This document shows positions 26,900 through 45,450 of a DNA stretch of 64,000 bases, piece after piece. Numbering within the stretch: the stretch's first letter is position 1; each line of letters opens with the position of its first letter. Under the pieces are notes generated by a model that searched no databases, had not been told where the DNA came from, and saw only the letters and a list, made by a program, of their open reading frames with translations. This DNA comes from Bugula neritina (Eukaryota > Animalia > Bryozoa): contig OZ037767.1 in assembly GCA_964035545.1 (NCBI GenBank), positions 24,630,628-24,694,627 of the forward strand, in the 5' to 3' direction. Both the position numbers and the translations under genes were made by a program.

Positions 26900-27300
26900 T
26901 CACGTGTTGTTTACGTATCTGCCATGACAACACAGGGGTAGACGTTTCACAATATACATACAATATGCTATTAGAGGTGTTTAATATGTGCATAAATACA
27001 CATATAAAAATTATTCTATGTAAAAAAAATAATAAGAATAAATTGTTTGTTTATAAATGTAATCTATTTTATGATTTTTCAAAATAAAAGTTTGTTTTAT
27101 CCTTAAATGTTTAGCTACATAAGATATCGATTTTAATTGGGTTAAAAGTGTTGATAGGAAGTACGCAGAGCGCAAGCGTATGACACGCTAATTGAATGAG
27201 ATTCCGGTTTGAAAAACTCAGTTTGCAGAATACAACTACAAGTATAAAACTGACAACTCAACTTGCGGCTTACTATTAACTACTCTTGTCTCAACTATAT
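26900..27300. promoter_or_regulatory. Bidirectional promoter region of KIAA2012-like (-) and TMEM258 (+)
   Basis: Head-to-head ATGs at 26559 and 27304; X-box-like TCTGCCATGACAAC at 26918-26931; TTCCGGT at 27202-27208. Confidence 0.55.
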
Positions 27301-27303
27301 ATC

Positions 27304-29067
27304 ATGGTATGTGAATAATAACTTCTATATTTATTTTAGACATCGCGAATCAGTTTTTTCTGTAATGTCAAATATAGTTATAATATATTAACACAATTAA
27401 ATTTAAATATAAATATATCTTGACACTTTGACTTTAATGATAATCTTTTCGATTCATATTGATATTGATAATAATAATATTAATAATAATACTAATCATA
27501 TTCATAATCATAATGTCAATAATAATCACAATGATCATAATGTTGATTGATATTGTTATCGATAATCATAATCATAATGATAATTATTATTATCATCATA
27601 ATCAGTGATAATCATTATGATTGTATAAGTATTTATTGATTAATGATTATCATTATAATTATTATTAGAAATTTATCATTAAATGATTATTGATAATAAT
27701 AATTAATTTATCTCATATCTGTTATCATAATCATAATAATAATCATTGATTTAGATTAAATCTAAATCATCATCATGGTGATTAATCATGATCATGATGA
27801 TTAGTGACAACATAAATAAATATAATCATTACAATGATCATAATGTTAATGATTATCATTTATCACACTGGTATTAGCTTAAACTTAGAGTTAGACAGTA
27901 ACACCAACACTGAATTAGAAAGAGAGCATTGTCAAATTTAAGTCACAGGCATTCATTTCATTTCATCGCAACGAGTATGACATCTACATTAGGAAGCATG
28001 AAATTTTCCAGTACTGATTTAGGTGCTTACATACTGATGTCATTTTGTCAAGAGTTCATAGTTAATGTATTTTTCAAATAAAAATTGGAATAGCATCACA
28101 AAGTAAAATGCCATAAAGTTTATTAAAGGATTGACTATGTCTGTTATAATCTTGTGTTCTGAATTTAAATCAAGGCTATCTACTAAAACAATGCCAAACT
28201 GATTTGCATTTTTGTTATCAACTAAATTGCATCACCATGTAAACTTTTAATTCAAATTTGGTTCAATTTACAAATATAAAGTTATAAATGTTACCTAAAT
28301 TATGATATAAACTATAAAGGCTACAGTTTTGTTATAATAAATCCAGTGCAAGTATTAATTTTTGTTTTTTATTAAATATTATGAATAGTATTTGTATAGA
28401 CTATAGACCATTGATAGTTTACCCTTGCTTGCTGATGGTTATTGTTTAGTCACACAGCACTGGTCTAGAGTTAAAATATGTTTTACAATGTCTGTTATTT
28501 TGTAGGATTTTGCTATGGATAACATGTCTAGATATGTGTCACCTATAAACCCAGCAATATATCCTCAGCTGACGCTGATTCTCCTAGCTATTGGAGTGTT
28601 CTTTATGGCCTGGTTTTTTGTGTATCCTTACCATAGCTATTAAAAGTAAATGTAATGTAATTAATGTGGCATTGGTAATAACTGTAACATATACATGGTG
28701 TAACCTGTAACTAGTATAAGCGAAATTTTGAAACTGTAGAATAGATTCCAAATGAAACTTTATGTTATTTACATGCTATCTTTTATGCTCTTGGTGTGAT
28801 ACATATTTATTTTAGTATTTTGTATTTGCTCAGTCTATATATTCCAAGCCGCACCAAGTCCATTCTAGTGCATCCTGTGTTGAATATCAATACATGATCT
28901 TTTGAATTTGTCAGATTTGTCCTTAACCACCATGTTTTAGTTATGAGGTTACTTCTACAAAATTCACTAGAGATCTCACCAAGGAATTACTGGTTTCTCT
29001 AGTGGCATCTCTTTTTATGGGATTCGGAGTTATGTTCCTATTGCTTTGGGTTGGAATATATGTGTGA
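27304..29067 (+). CDS. TMEM258: TMEM258 / OST5-like oligosaccharyltransferase subunit
   Basis: Exons ATG(27304-27306)|28506-28621|28941-29067 give [81 protein letters not shown], closely matching remembered TMEM258. The ATG-only first coding exon is inferred. A 3'UTR intron lies at 29076-29203. Confidence 0.95.
28622..28940 (+). other. U12-type (minor spliceosome) GT-AG intron
   Basis: 5' splice site GTATCCTT; branch point TCCTTAAC at 28920-28927, 13 nt from the intron end; only a short pyrimidine tract. Confidence 0.93.
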
Positions 29068-29449
29068 TATCTTATGTAAGTAATCAAAGTTGAGTTATTA
29101 GAAATCAATTATTAAACTTACTGTCTAAAAATAAATAATAAGAATTTTGTGATGGCTACCAATCGCTTTTATAGAAACTTAATATCAAGTTATTATATTG
29201 TAGGACATGGACTATATGAGAACTCTCAGCAGATTGCAGTGACCATCTACTTTATTACAAAATGAGTAAAAGTTGCATTGGAACAATATAGACAATAAAC
29301 TCATTGCATCAAGCATTCTAGTTCATAGCTAATAGATTTGTATATACTGCATAGTAGACATAGATATTGCTAAATAATTTATAAATAATGAAATAAATTT
29401 ATTTTATCATTCATATTACTCCGCTTTTCATTATACGAGTAATTAGCTT

Positions 29450-31820
29450 TCATGAAGGAGATTTCTTCTCGGGCTCTAATCTTGGTAACACAGCTAAAAT
29501 GGGGTTTCCAAACTGAGAATCTGTGCTTACAAAATAGCCAAAAGATGTCTGCTGCGCCTCATGCAAAGCTTGTCTGTTGTGCGAGTGTCTGTTTGAAGCA
29601 CCAGGGAACAGTGCAGATTCTAATGTGATGGGTCTAGGCTGAGTTGTTACCGGGATACCTTAAATAAAGACAAAAATTTACTGACATGTTGGCTCTTTCT
29701 CAGTGCTAAAAAATATATTGCAAACTGCAACAACAAAATGTATACATGGTCAAGTTATTTTATTACATTGGTCAAATTATAGTGAATAGGATGTGCAAAT
29801 ATGAATGGGTCCAATCATTGAAGGTTTTAGCAATACTATAATTAAGTCAACCTTCGTGTGATTTTTTTAACTAGCATTATTTTAGTTACATATTATATGC
29901 TGAAAAAATGATAGCTGATATTTTTCATCCAACTTCTAATAATGTGGAAGACAACTCAAAAAGTTAGAAAAAGAATCTGTGCATGGAAATAGAGCAAATA
30001 ATTCACTATTGTAGCCTTCAACTGCATCAAACACTAAAACGTATTTCAGAATGATTTTGAATTAGAGCATATACATTTTGCAAAAAATTTAGTTTGACAA
30101 AGCCAGACCACAAATTTGACACACATGCCAGCTAACCAACCAAAGCCAAAAAATAACTTAATATAATACAATAGGTTAGTTCTGGTTACTTCTACACACC
30201 TGATTAATAATTGCATGTATTACTTTATAACTTCAACTTAAAATAAATATGCACTGTGCAAGATCCATTTTGCAAAACAACTAGAGAAAGATAATATATA
30301 AGATGGGTGCTATTTGTAACCTAAAGAAGAGATAACATGTATTACCAGCCATTACATGTAATTTGTAAAAGTGGAGCCATAAAGCCACTACGCACTATCA
30401 AGAGAAATACACTTTACAAATAGATAGCCTACTCTTTAGCAAACTCTCTAAAGATTAAACTGACCATTCCAAGCATTAGCATGATTAATAACTTGGCACA
30501 TTCCTTACAGTTATTAGTTTATCATTACCTTAACGCTAAAAATACATCAATTGTCATAACTGCTATTTGTATTAGGATAATAAATACTGATTATAAATAT
30601 TAATAATTATTATAGAATGACACTCTTTGCTATGACTCTTGCTTTAGAGTGACACTCTAGCTTATACAGCCTGACTAGGAATAGGGAGGGTTTTAGACGT
30701 GATCAGAGTTTATTTGAGTCACCAATGTTGATCAAATACTGACCAAACACTGACCGTAAAAACTAAAATAATAATGATACAACATAAGGCATAAGGCAAA
30801 CAAAATGTACGTAATATAATAAGTATGTATGTAAAAGCACTAGCAATGTATATTATAAATTGTAGATAGCAGCATGAAATAATGATTCAACATAACATGC
30901 AACTACAGCCCATATTATTAAAAACTTCATAACATAAAAATGTAATAACGATATATAATTGTAAATAGATGTTCATTACCTCTTTTCTCTCTCTCCTAGT
31001 CTACTGTTATGTTAATGCTGTGGCTTTGCACAGTCTTTCAAATAATGCTACTCTTTAGTAGTCTTACATAAATTTGATGCTGTCCAAACTGACAGCATGA
31101 CTCTAACAATATTGCAACTAATAAAAATGGTTTTGTCTTATATACTAATCCATTTGATAAACATTATTGTGTTGTAAGAGGTATGATTTTACAATTTACT
31201 ATTTTGGGGTAGGATCTTACTGTTTCAAGAAGTGGGCTGAAGTAAACAAGCATCGTGTGACATCACAGCTGATGCAAGCATAGCTGCTGACTATGAATCA
31301 TTCTACATGCGTAGCTACTGTTTTGGGGTAGTGATTAAAGAAGCATTAGGTAGACTACTAGCAGCTAGTGGTTAGGCTAATTTGAGGTTAATGACATTGT
31401 GATTGTGTGTGATTGTACTACAAGTTATAATATCTGTAAACATCCTATTTCGTAACATTACAATTATTTAGTAAACTAAAACTAAATTTAGAAAATTAAA
31501 TTAATTTTATAGCACTTACTAGCAAGTTACTATACTAATAGTAATATTAATAGTGATACTTTTACTTTTAGTAAACGTTAACTACAACTCAAATACAAAT
31601 TGGAATATAATATCCATACGAATGTTAATTTTAAATCCAAGATCAATAAGAAATTTAAATTGAATATGAATATGAAAGTAAAATTTTTACTAAAAATAAT
31701 ATATTTGTTACCACTGTTAGGTATATTATGCTGAGATTTCATAGCAAATTTTCGTTTCTGGTCTTCTAATTCTTTTAAAATACGTTTGTTTTCTTCAGTT
31801 TGGCCGGATGAGTGAGACAT
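29450..31820 (-). CDS. INIP: SOSS complex subunit C (INIP)
   Basis: Exons 31712-31820 (ENKRILKELEDQKRK) and 29450-29658 (ALHEAQQTSFGYFVSTDSQFGNPILAVLPRLEPE) join in phase 1; the C-terminus matches the remembered INIP motif GYFITQDSAFGNLILPVLPR. Confidence 0.9.
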
Positions 31821-32566
31821 TACTTAGGCAAACATTAATTACTGGGAGGGGAAGATTTTTCGTGAAAGTATGCTCAAGTTAAAAAATAAAATTTCCAATC
31901 TTTCATAAACGGATTTAATGTTTTCGCTGTTAATCAGCCAATTTCATACAAAGCTTCCTCAGGGCTTCATAAAACCTCCGTTAAAAGCAGTAAGGTGCTA
32001 AAGTGGTACAGCAAATCAATAGTAGCACATCAATTTGAATCTTATTGTATTTCATTTCCGGTTAGCATCCTCTTCTCATTGATATAACTGACCAAGTTTG
32101 TCTTAAAATTTAGTGTATTAGTCAATTCTATGTTTATATATACAAGTTTATGATGAATCACTATGATCTATAATATTACTGCACTGTACCTTCGTAAGCT
32201 ACAGGTTCGAACTTATAGTTCGTTTTACCAGTATGGCATAAATTGCATTACTGAGAATTTAACATTTTACAGTCTAGGCCGAGTAAAAGTAAATTTTTAT
32301 CGATAGCAACTTTGCTCTCAAGTCTTCTCATGTTTCTTCACTTTCTACCTAATCAAGAAGTTAGGTTTAAGACTTGTGGGAATATTATAAGTGTGGCTAT
32401 ACCAGTCATTTCATAGGGCTACCTTAGTTCCCATTCCACAACCATTTACCAGCGAACACTTTTAGATGATCACTACTACACATGGAATTCCAATATAATA
32501 ACTTTATTTAACCTATTAATATAGATTAAGAATGTGACATTTTTCAACTTCATATATATAATTGCA

Positions 32567-38865
<6,299 letters not shown>

Positions 38866-41346
38866 CCTTAATTACACTAAGAGATGTGTCAATAAATTAA
38901 ACTTAGTAGTAAACTTTTTAAAAAATTCTATGACAATAGTATTTTATGCAGGCTGACATGACAGTTTACACTGCTCTCTTAGAACACAGAAAGTATGATG
39001 ACTATATTCCGGTAAATGAACGGCCTAGTTCATCGGTCTAATTTTAAAACAAAAGGTCCAAGGGAGCATAAATCTTAAGCTGGTAGTTCTTGCACGACGC
39101 CTTGTACATATGGGATATGATAATGATTTTTTATATTAATAATATTGTTTTATAGAGCGAATATTATTGACAAATTATTTATATAGCTAGAGAAATTAAA
39201 ACATTTAAACATATAAACTAAAATAACCTTTCTTATTATTTATTATGCGCTCACGCATTAAAACATTATAATTAGAACATTTTCAGGCATGCGCAAATGG
39301 TGTTATAGTGTAAATTTAAAGAATACAGTTGAAATCTTATTGCAAAATTCATATAATGTTTTTATAACTTGTAAATATACTACATCACTATTGATGCATT
39401 TTCCTTGCTATTCTAGCCTGTTTATTAACAATAAAAAAGTTGCATACGTCTTTAAAGCATATCAGTAGACTGTGCAAGTATAACATGCCACTTAACAAGC
39501 ACAGTCTATATGATTACGCAAGGCTGAGTGACCCCTAGGAAGGCATAATTATTAAAAAACTCACAGGTACGAACTCCAACTTTTGTTCAAATATAATAAA
39601 TTCAAATAATGTAATATAATGGGAACGTTTTCACCTATATTTAACCTTTAAAAACCAAACAAGTTTGAATGCTCCAAAATTTGACCATGCAGTGGCTAGA
39701 CTAAGAATTTTCATTGGTGCTTGATGAGTAAAGGTTGCGCTTAAGGGGAGCTACAATAATTACAAAAATGAAGAAACAAAACTTGCTAAACTGTATTGTA
39801 TAGAGCAGCTGTAATTAAGCAGAGAGTATAAAGTTGCCTCCCCCAAATATTTTTGTGATTGGCAAAGTTAATTATTACCAGGCAAAGTTAATTAGTTGTT
39901 TAATTTATTCTGTTGTTATAGGATGGGAGGACCTGACAAAATTGGCTGGAGGCAAATATGCTGTTAAGTAGATATCTATAGCAAGCTGTGACATTTTTTT
40001 AGTTGTTAGTCATTTTACATCTTAGGTTCATGATCTCCAATACTGGTAGGTTTAAACACTCTATATTGAAATCCCAATTGCTAATTGGACAAGACACGTG
40101 TTAGTTTTAGTTTCATTTATATTTGAAATGACATGCTTCATGCAAATATATGACACGCATAATGCTTTTATATCACTGCATGTTGTCAGAATGCTCACAC
40201 TATTTCTTATTTTCATTAGTGGTAAGGCTTCAGGTCACTCTTGGCAGTTGAAACTACAGTGGATATTTTACTTAGCAACCAGCCTTCAATATCTGGTGAG
40301 TATAAAATAAATTCATAATATTGTATCTTGATATAACTGATGAAGGGTTGAAAACCATCAATGTATTCCATTGAAGTAAAGCATGTATAATCAAGTTAGC
40401 TTGTGTTCTAGTATTTAGATTAATTTGGCAAACCAAGGTTTAACATAAGCATGCAAGTTGATAGGATAGAATATGTCTAAGGAAGTTAAATATAGTTATA
40501 ATAATACAAAAGTGCTGCCTAAATAAATTTGTTTCTTAGCTTAGGTTGGGTGCTCGTAGTAACACAAATAATCAAGTTAACTTTCACTGCAGACAAAATT
40601 ATTGTTTAGGCACAAAATTAGTTGGTTACATGTATATAGTATTTATTGTTTTGTTGCAAAACTAACGTATTTTTTTCTATATTATTATTACAACACTATA
40701 CCACATTATACTATATCTTACTGCGCTATGCAATAAGTAACAATACTGTAAAGTGTGAAAGGAAGAAGAGTGACCTAATCTAAATAAGTAGCCTCACTGC
40801 AAATGCTGCAAACTAGGTGCTAGTTGTGAACCGAAAACCAGCCACCTGAAGCAAGTACACATCACCTAAGTTCTAGTAATTAATGGGCACATTCCACAGT
40901 GACAGTCAAGTCGCACATACATATATACATTATATTGTAGAACTGAACATAACATTTGCACGATTCTACTTTCAATCAGATGGTCTGAGCAAGGCTTGAC
41001 ATCTCACTTTAGTTTTGGCGAATGTTATTCGTGAATGGGTGATTCTCAGAGTTGGAACCAAGATAAATATATTATATACCAGAGGTATGTGACAATAGTA
41101 CATTGACTTACATTTATACTGTCCTAATTATTGCAGTAAAAGAGGTGTATCTATTTCGTGATATTTTGTATCCTTATGAAGGGCAATTATCTTCATTTAA
41201 CACCAATTCAGGAGTACTAAAGCAGAGCTTTGCTTCTAATTTAGCCAGTAATTTAAAAAGAGGGCAGTGGGGGGGGGGGTCACTTAAAAGGAAGGTTTGT
41301 GGTTATTTTGTAAATATTTTTTGTTGTTTAAAAACTCATACCAAAT

Positions 41347-41708
41347 ACAGCAACACAAGCAAAGCAAAAATATGATACTTTTTTGTTTTCGTAACTTATG
41401 CATTTCCTGCACATGGAGCTAAAATATGGGAATCTAGGACGTACTATATCATACAATCGCTAACTAAACCACTACTTGTAATGTTATCATCACAATGTAT
41501 TAAGACAATCCTATATATGCATACATAATAGAAAATATGACAATTGTTGATAAACTGAGATTGAAGGAACTATTTATTGTATAAAGTTACACAATGGTGT
41601 ATGTATTCGAAATACTCAACATTGTTTTTAAATTATAATGCTTTGAAATTGGATATGTGCAAAAGCAATCTAGATACTGTTGAATATTTGATTCAAGTTG
41701 TTTTGGAA
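41347..41708 (+). repeat. ~360-bp dispersed direct repeat, copy 1 (copy 2 at ~44792-45139)
   Basis: Shared blocks such as cttatgcatttcctgcacatg, gctaaaatatgggaatctaggac and aactaaaccactacttgtaatgttatcatcacaatgtattaagacaatcct. Confidence 0.9.
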
Positions 41709-43019
41709 ACCTACTACTTTGAGGTGGAAATTTAGTCGGTGATAGCTCAATTTCAATGTTATTTCACAATGTGGAATGTTTATAATAGTGTCGGTTTATG
41801 TCTGAGCTATAGTATCTGGGTTGATCAAATGAATGATGTTGCAAATTGTTCAGTTTAGAGGAGTATTGCATTAACTAAGATGTATGATTATTAAAACTGC
41901 TCCAGTAATTTTTTCACTATACTGCAAATACAAAGTATGTAAGCAGGTGCGGGAACATTTTATCTGCAAAATATGGCCATTTGAAAAAAGATGAATTCTT
42001 TAAAGGATAACACTTTATGGATAAACATACTCAATTTACAGTTTTTGTATTTATTCAGAGCTCGAGCTATTAGTAATAGGTTTTCTAGCATATGTTTCAT
42101 CATTATTGCATTGGTATCTAGCATAATAGCAAAATATTTTATTTTATTCAATAGTCAATGAATTTAGAATAACATGAAGACATTATTTTAATATACCATT
42201 ACAGCACTAACTAGCTTAGAATAGCCCTTATGCACTACATTATAGACCAACAGCTGGTATTATAGCTGTCTCCGTACAAATAGATTGGTCAGAAACCAAA
42301 ATATTAGTAAAAATGCTGAATCAAGTTCTCACTCAGCTAGAAATGATGAATGGTAATTGCATTGGAGAAAAGAATTGAATGAGTTATGTAATGTGCACTT
42401 CACAGATTTGATTCCTTTAGTTATTGGTAGCAATAGTGAAGCATTACCAGAATATAATATATAATATAATGGATTATATATTTATATACCGCAGAAGGTA
42501 TTACAACACAGCACAGGTATACTTAGTAAATGTGAGATGGTATTTCGGTGGTGATCACGTGTCAATGCCATGTGCATTGATCCTTGCTTATAACATCATG
42601 ATCTGACAAATGAGTAATAATTCATTACCTTGAAACTTTCAGGATATGAATGCGTTGACTAACTAATAAACAAAGGATGCCAATAGTGTATGTTATAATA
42701 AAAAAAATCTCATTTCAATCTCCATGACAGTCATATTTTTGCTAATTTGATGAATTACTATTACCATATCCTGCTTTGTCAATCTTTTAACAGCTCTCTT
42801 CAAATATTCAAATTCTTCAGAAGAACTCGTTTAACTGCCTAAACAAAGTTATTTTACCAACTTAACCTGCTAAAGTAAACTCAAACAGTTGTGCTCGAAG
42901 TTCACTCAAGCTTTAAAACTTTAGCAGCAAAAATTACCCCTATTCATCCACGGCAGCTGAAAGCATTGTTAGGCAGCAACATTCTTATTAGTTGTACATC
43001 TTATTTGTTACAGATTATC

Positions 43020-43784
43020 ATGGGCATAGTGAGCAACTCTAGCAGTCTAACTGTAGACGAGACAATCACATCAGCTGGCGTAGGAGTATCACAAAATTCT
43101 GTAGCAGCCATCTTATTCACCCTGTGTGTTCTACTTGGTAAGTTGATCCTTTATTTTGAAAACTATGCATTAACAAAATGCAGTGTTGTAAAAATTGTTT
43201 ATACTAAACTACGTGAGCTTCTGTTTGAGGGGTGATGATCACCCAAACAAATGACTTACAATCAAAAACAGAGCTCAATGGCCACTTGTTAATCGTACTT
43301 TCATTTTCACACAGAAGTAATGTACAGGTAAAATAGTTTACATGCACATTGTTATAACTATATATCACACTTTGCATATAACAAGTAATGTAGGTAGTTA
43401 TTTTAGTTACTCATTCTTCACAATCATGAGAACAAAACCCAGGAGGCCCCATACGAAATAGAAAACGATAGTTATATTAAAACTCTCTGGTGTACTTATG
43501 AAAAGCTATTCTCAGAATTGTAGGTAACTGGTTTATATGTAAATATGCTAAAGAAATCATAGAATTCCACAAAATATTTAGTGTTGGTTATGCTCAGTGT
43601 CAATATAAAAATATCTGTAAATTTTGCAGGGGCATTGTTGGGATTCGGATGCTTTTACCTAACTATACGGTTTGGAAGAAAATATTCGCATAAATTTGCT
43701 CATCCTTTTGAGCTGAAGGTTGATGACAATGCCATTATGCTGGATGAAGCAGAGACCGTAGATCAACTGAGTGAAGATCAATAG
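43020..43784 (+). CDS. Uncharacterised ~90-aa single-pass membrane protein
   Basis: Exons 43020-43137 (GTAAGT donor) and 43630-43784 join in phase 1: MGIVSNSSSLTVDETITSAGVGVSQNSVAAILFTLCVLLGALLGFGCFYLTIRFGRKYSHKFAHPFELKVDDNAIMLDEAETVDQLSEDQ. The hydrophobic segment spans the junction and is followed by basic residues. Confidence 0.65.
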
Positions 43785-44627
43785 ACAGCTATTACAGCAA
43801 ATTTCTTTCACAGCGGTCTACAAATCTATACAAAACGGAGAATTATTTGCTGAATGTTATGTACAGTTCATATATATTTGTTGTAAGACGATTATAATAT
43901 ACATTGTAAATAGAAGATTATATATATAGGATTTCCTAAGGTTAATGGTGCTAGCTTATAAAAACCAGACTCATCCCTATGTGGTACATGAACCCAGAGA
44001 AATAGTTTTTGCCAGTAGTCATTGTTTCTTGAGTCATGAGTGAGGACTGTTCTTGAGCTGTTTTACTATATATTACAGGTGATTATTTACATGACTCATG
44101 TGATTTAGCGTGGAAATACTGAAACTATTCATTCATTCAATATATTTTTTGCAATAAAAAGTTAATGATAGTTATCTTCCAGGTGAAATGATTATAGCAC
44201 TATATACATCTCTGTATATACGCAATCTTGCTTATAATGTAGGCAACATTATTTTAGGCAAAAAATTAATGTTGATCAAAATCATATATTGTAATAAGCT
44301 ATCAATAAAATAGTATTCCTCTATGCACAACTATTTTTCTTTCTTAGCGCAGTATATTTGTACAAAAAGAAATAAATAGGCAGAGTTAAACAATTAGCTA
44401 TATTATGAATTTAAATGCATTACCATGTATCAAATAATTTACTTGTAACAAAAGCAAGTTGTATTGCTAATGGCCCATTGCAAAATTGCTCAAAATTGTG
44501 CTACAGCCTAATTTCATATGGGAGAAAACAATTAAACCTTGACCTTTTCAATAACTGGGATAGTTGTGGCTGTGAAAGTTGCTGCTACGAGTGATGTATA
44601 ATAAACATTAATATTAATCAGGTTGTT

Positions 44628-45303
44628 AACTCAAAATGCATTATATTTAGTGCAGCTACTGAGAGCTATTATTACAAGTTTTGACAAGAAAATCATATTC
44701 CATATGTTTTATCATCAACATTTTCTGTAATGAAAGAAATAAAGAAACCACAATAGAGTTAGTGAAGTAGGTATTGATGGACCTCTGACACAGTAATACA
44801 AGCAAAGTAAAAATACAATTCTTTTTTGTTTTGGTTGCTTATGCATTTCCTGCACATGAAGCTAAAATATGGGAATCTAGGACATACTGTATCATCCAAC
44901 GGTAACTAAACCACTACTTGTAATGTTATCATCACAATGTATTAAGACAATCCTACATATGCATACATAATAGAAAACATGACAACTGTTGATAAACAGA
45001 GAATGAAGGAACTATTTATTGTATAAGGTTACACAATGGTGTATGTATTCAAACTACTCAATATTGTGTTTAATTTATAATGCTTTGAAAGAAGGATATC
45101 TGCGGAGGATACTGTTGAATATCACATTCAAGTTGTTGGAACTCAAAATGCATTATATTTAGTGCAGCTACTGAGAGCAATTATTACAAATGCTGACAAG
45201 AAAATCATATTCCAAATATTTTATTATTAATATTTTCTGTAATATAGCGAATAGAGAAACCACAATTGAGTTAGTGAGGGTGGTATGTATGGACCCCTGA
45301 CAC
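44628..45303 (+). repeat. Composite A-B-A' repeat (A ~164 bp at 44628 and 45140; B ~350 bp, also at 41347)
   Basis: aactcaaaatgcattatatttagtgcagctactgagagc...gaaaccacaat...ctgacac occurs twice, flanking block B. Confidence 0.88.
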
Positions 45304-45450
45304 TATTTACATCACGTCAACACTTGAAGATCAAAACTTAGAGAATTTAATGATCTCATCCTGTGCGCAGCTGATGCCTGCAGATTTAATGAAATAACTT
45401 GTTTATTTACAAAAAACCACTACATTAACATAACTGAGCTTTTTAGCAGT

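Noticed and set aside
30696-30757. C/D-box-like arrangement (GTGATCA...CTGA)
   Set aside because: Imperfect C box, antisense to the host INIP intron, no recognisable guide sequence.
41168-41175. Second GTATCCTT U12-like donor
   Set aside because: No supported upstream exon and only a weak branch-point match (ACTTAAC near 42860).
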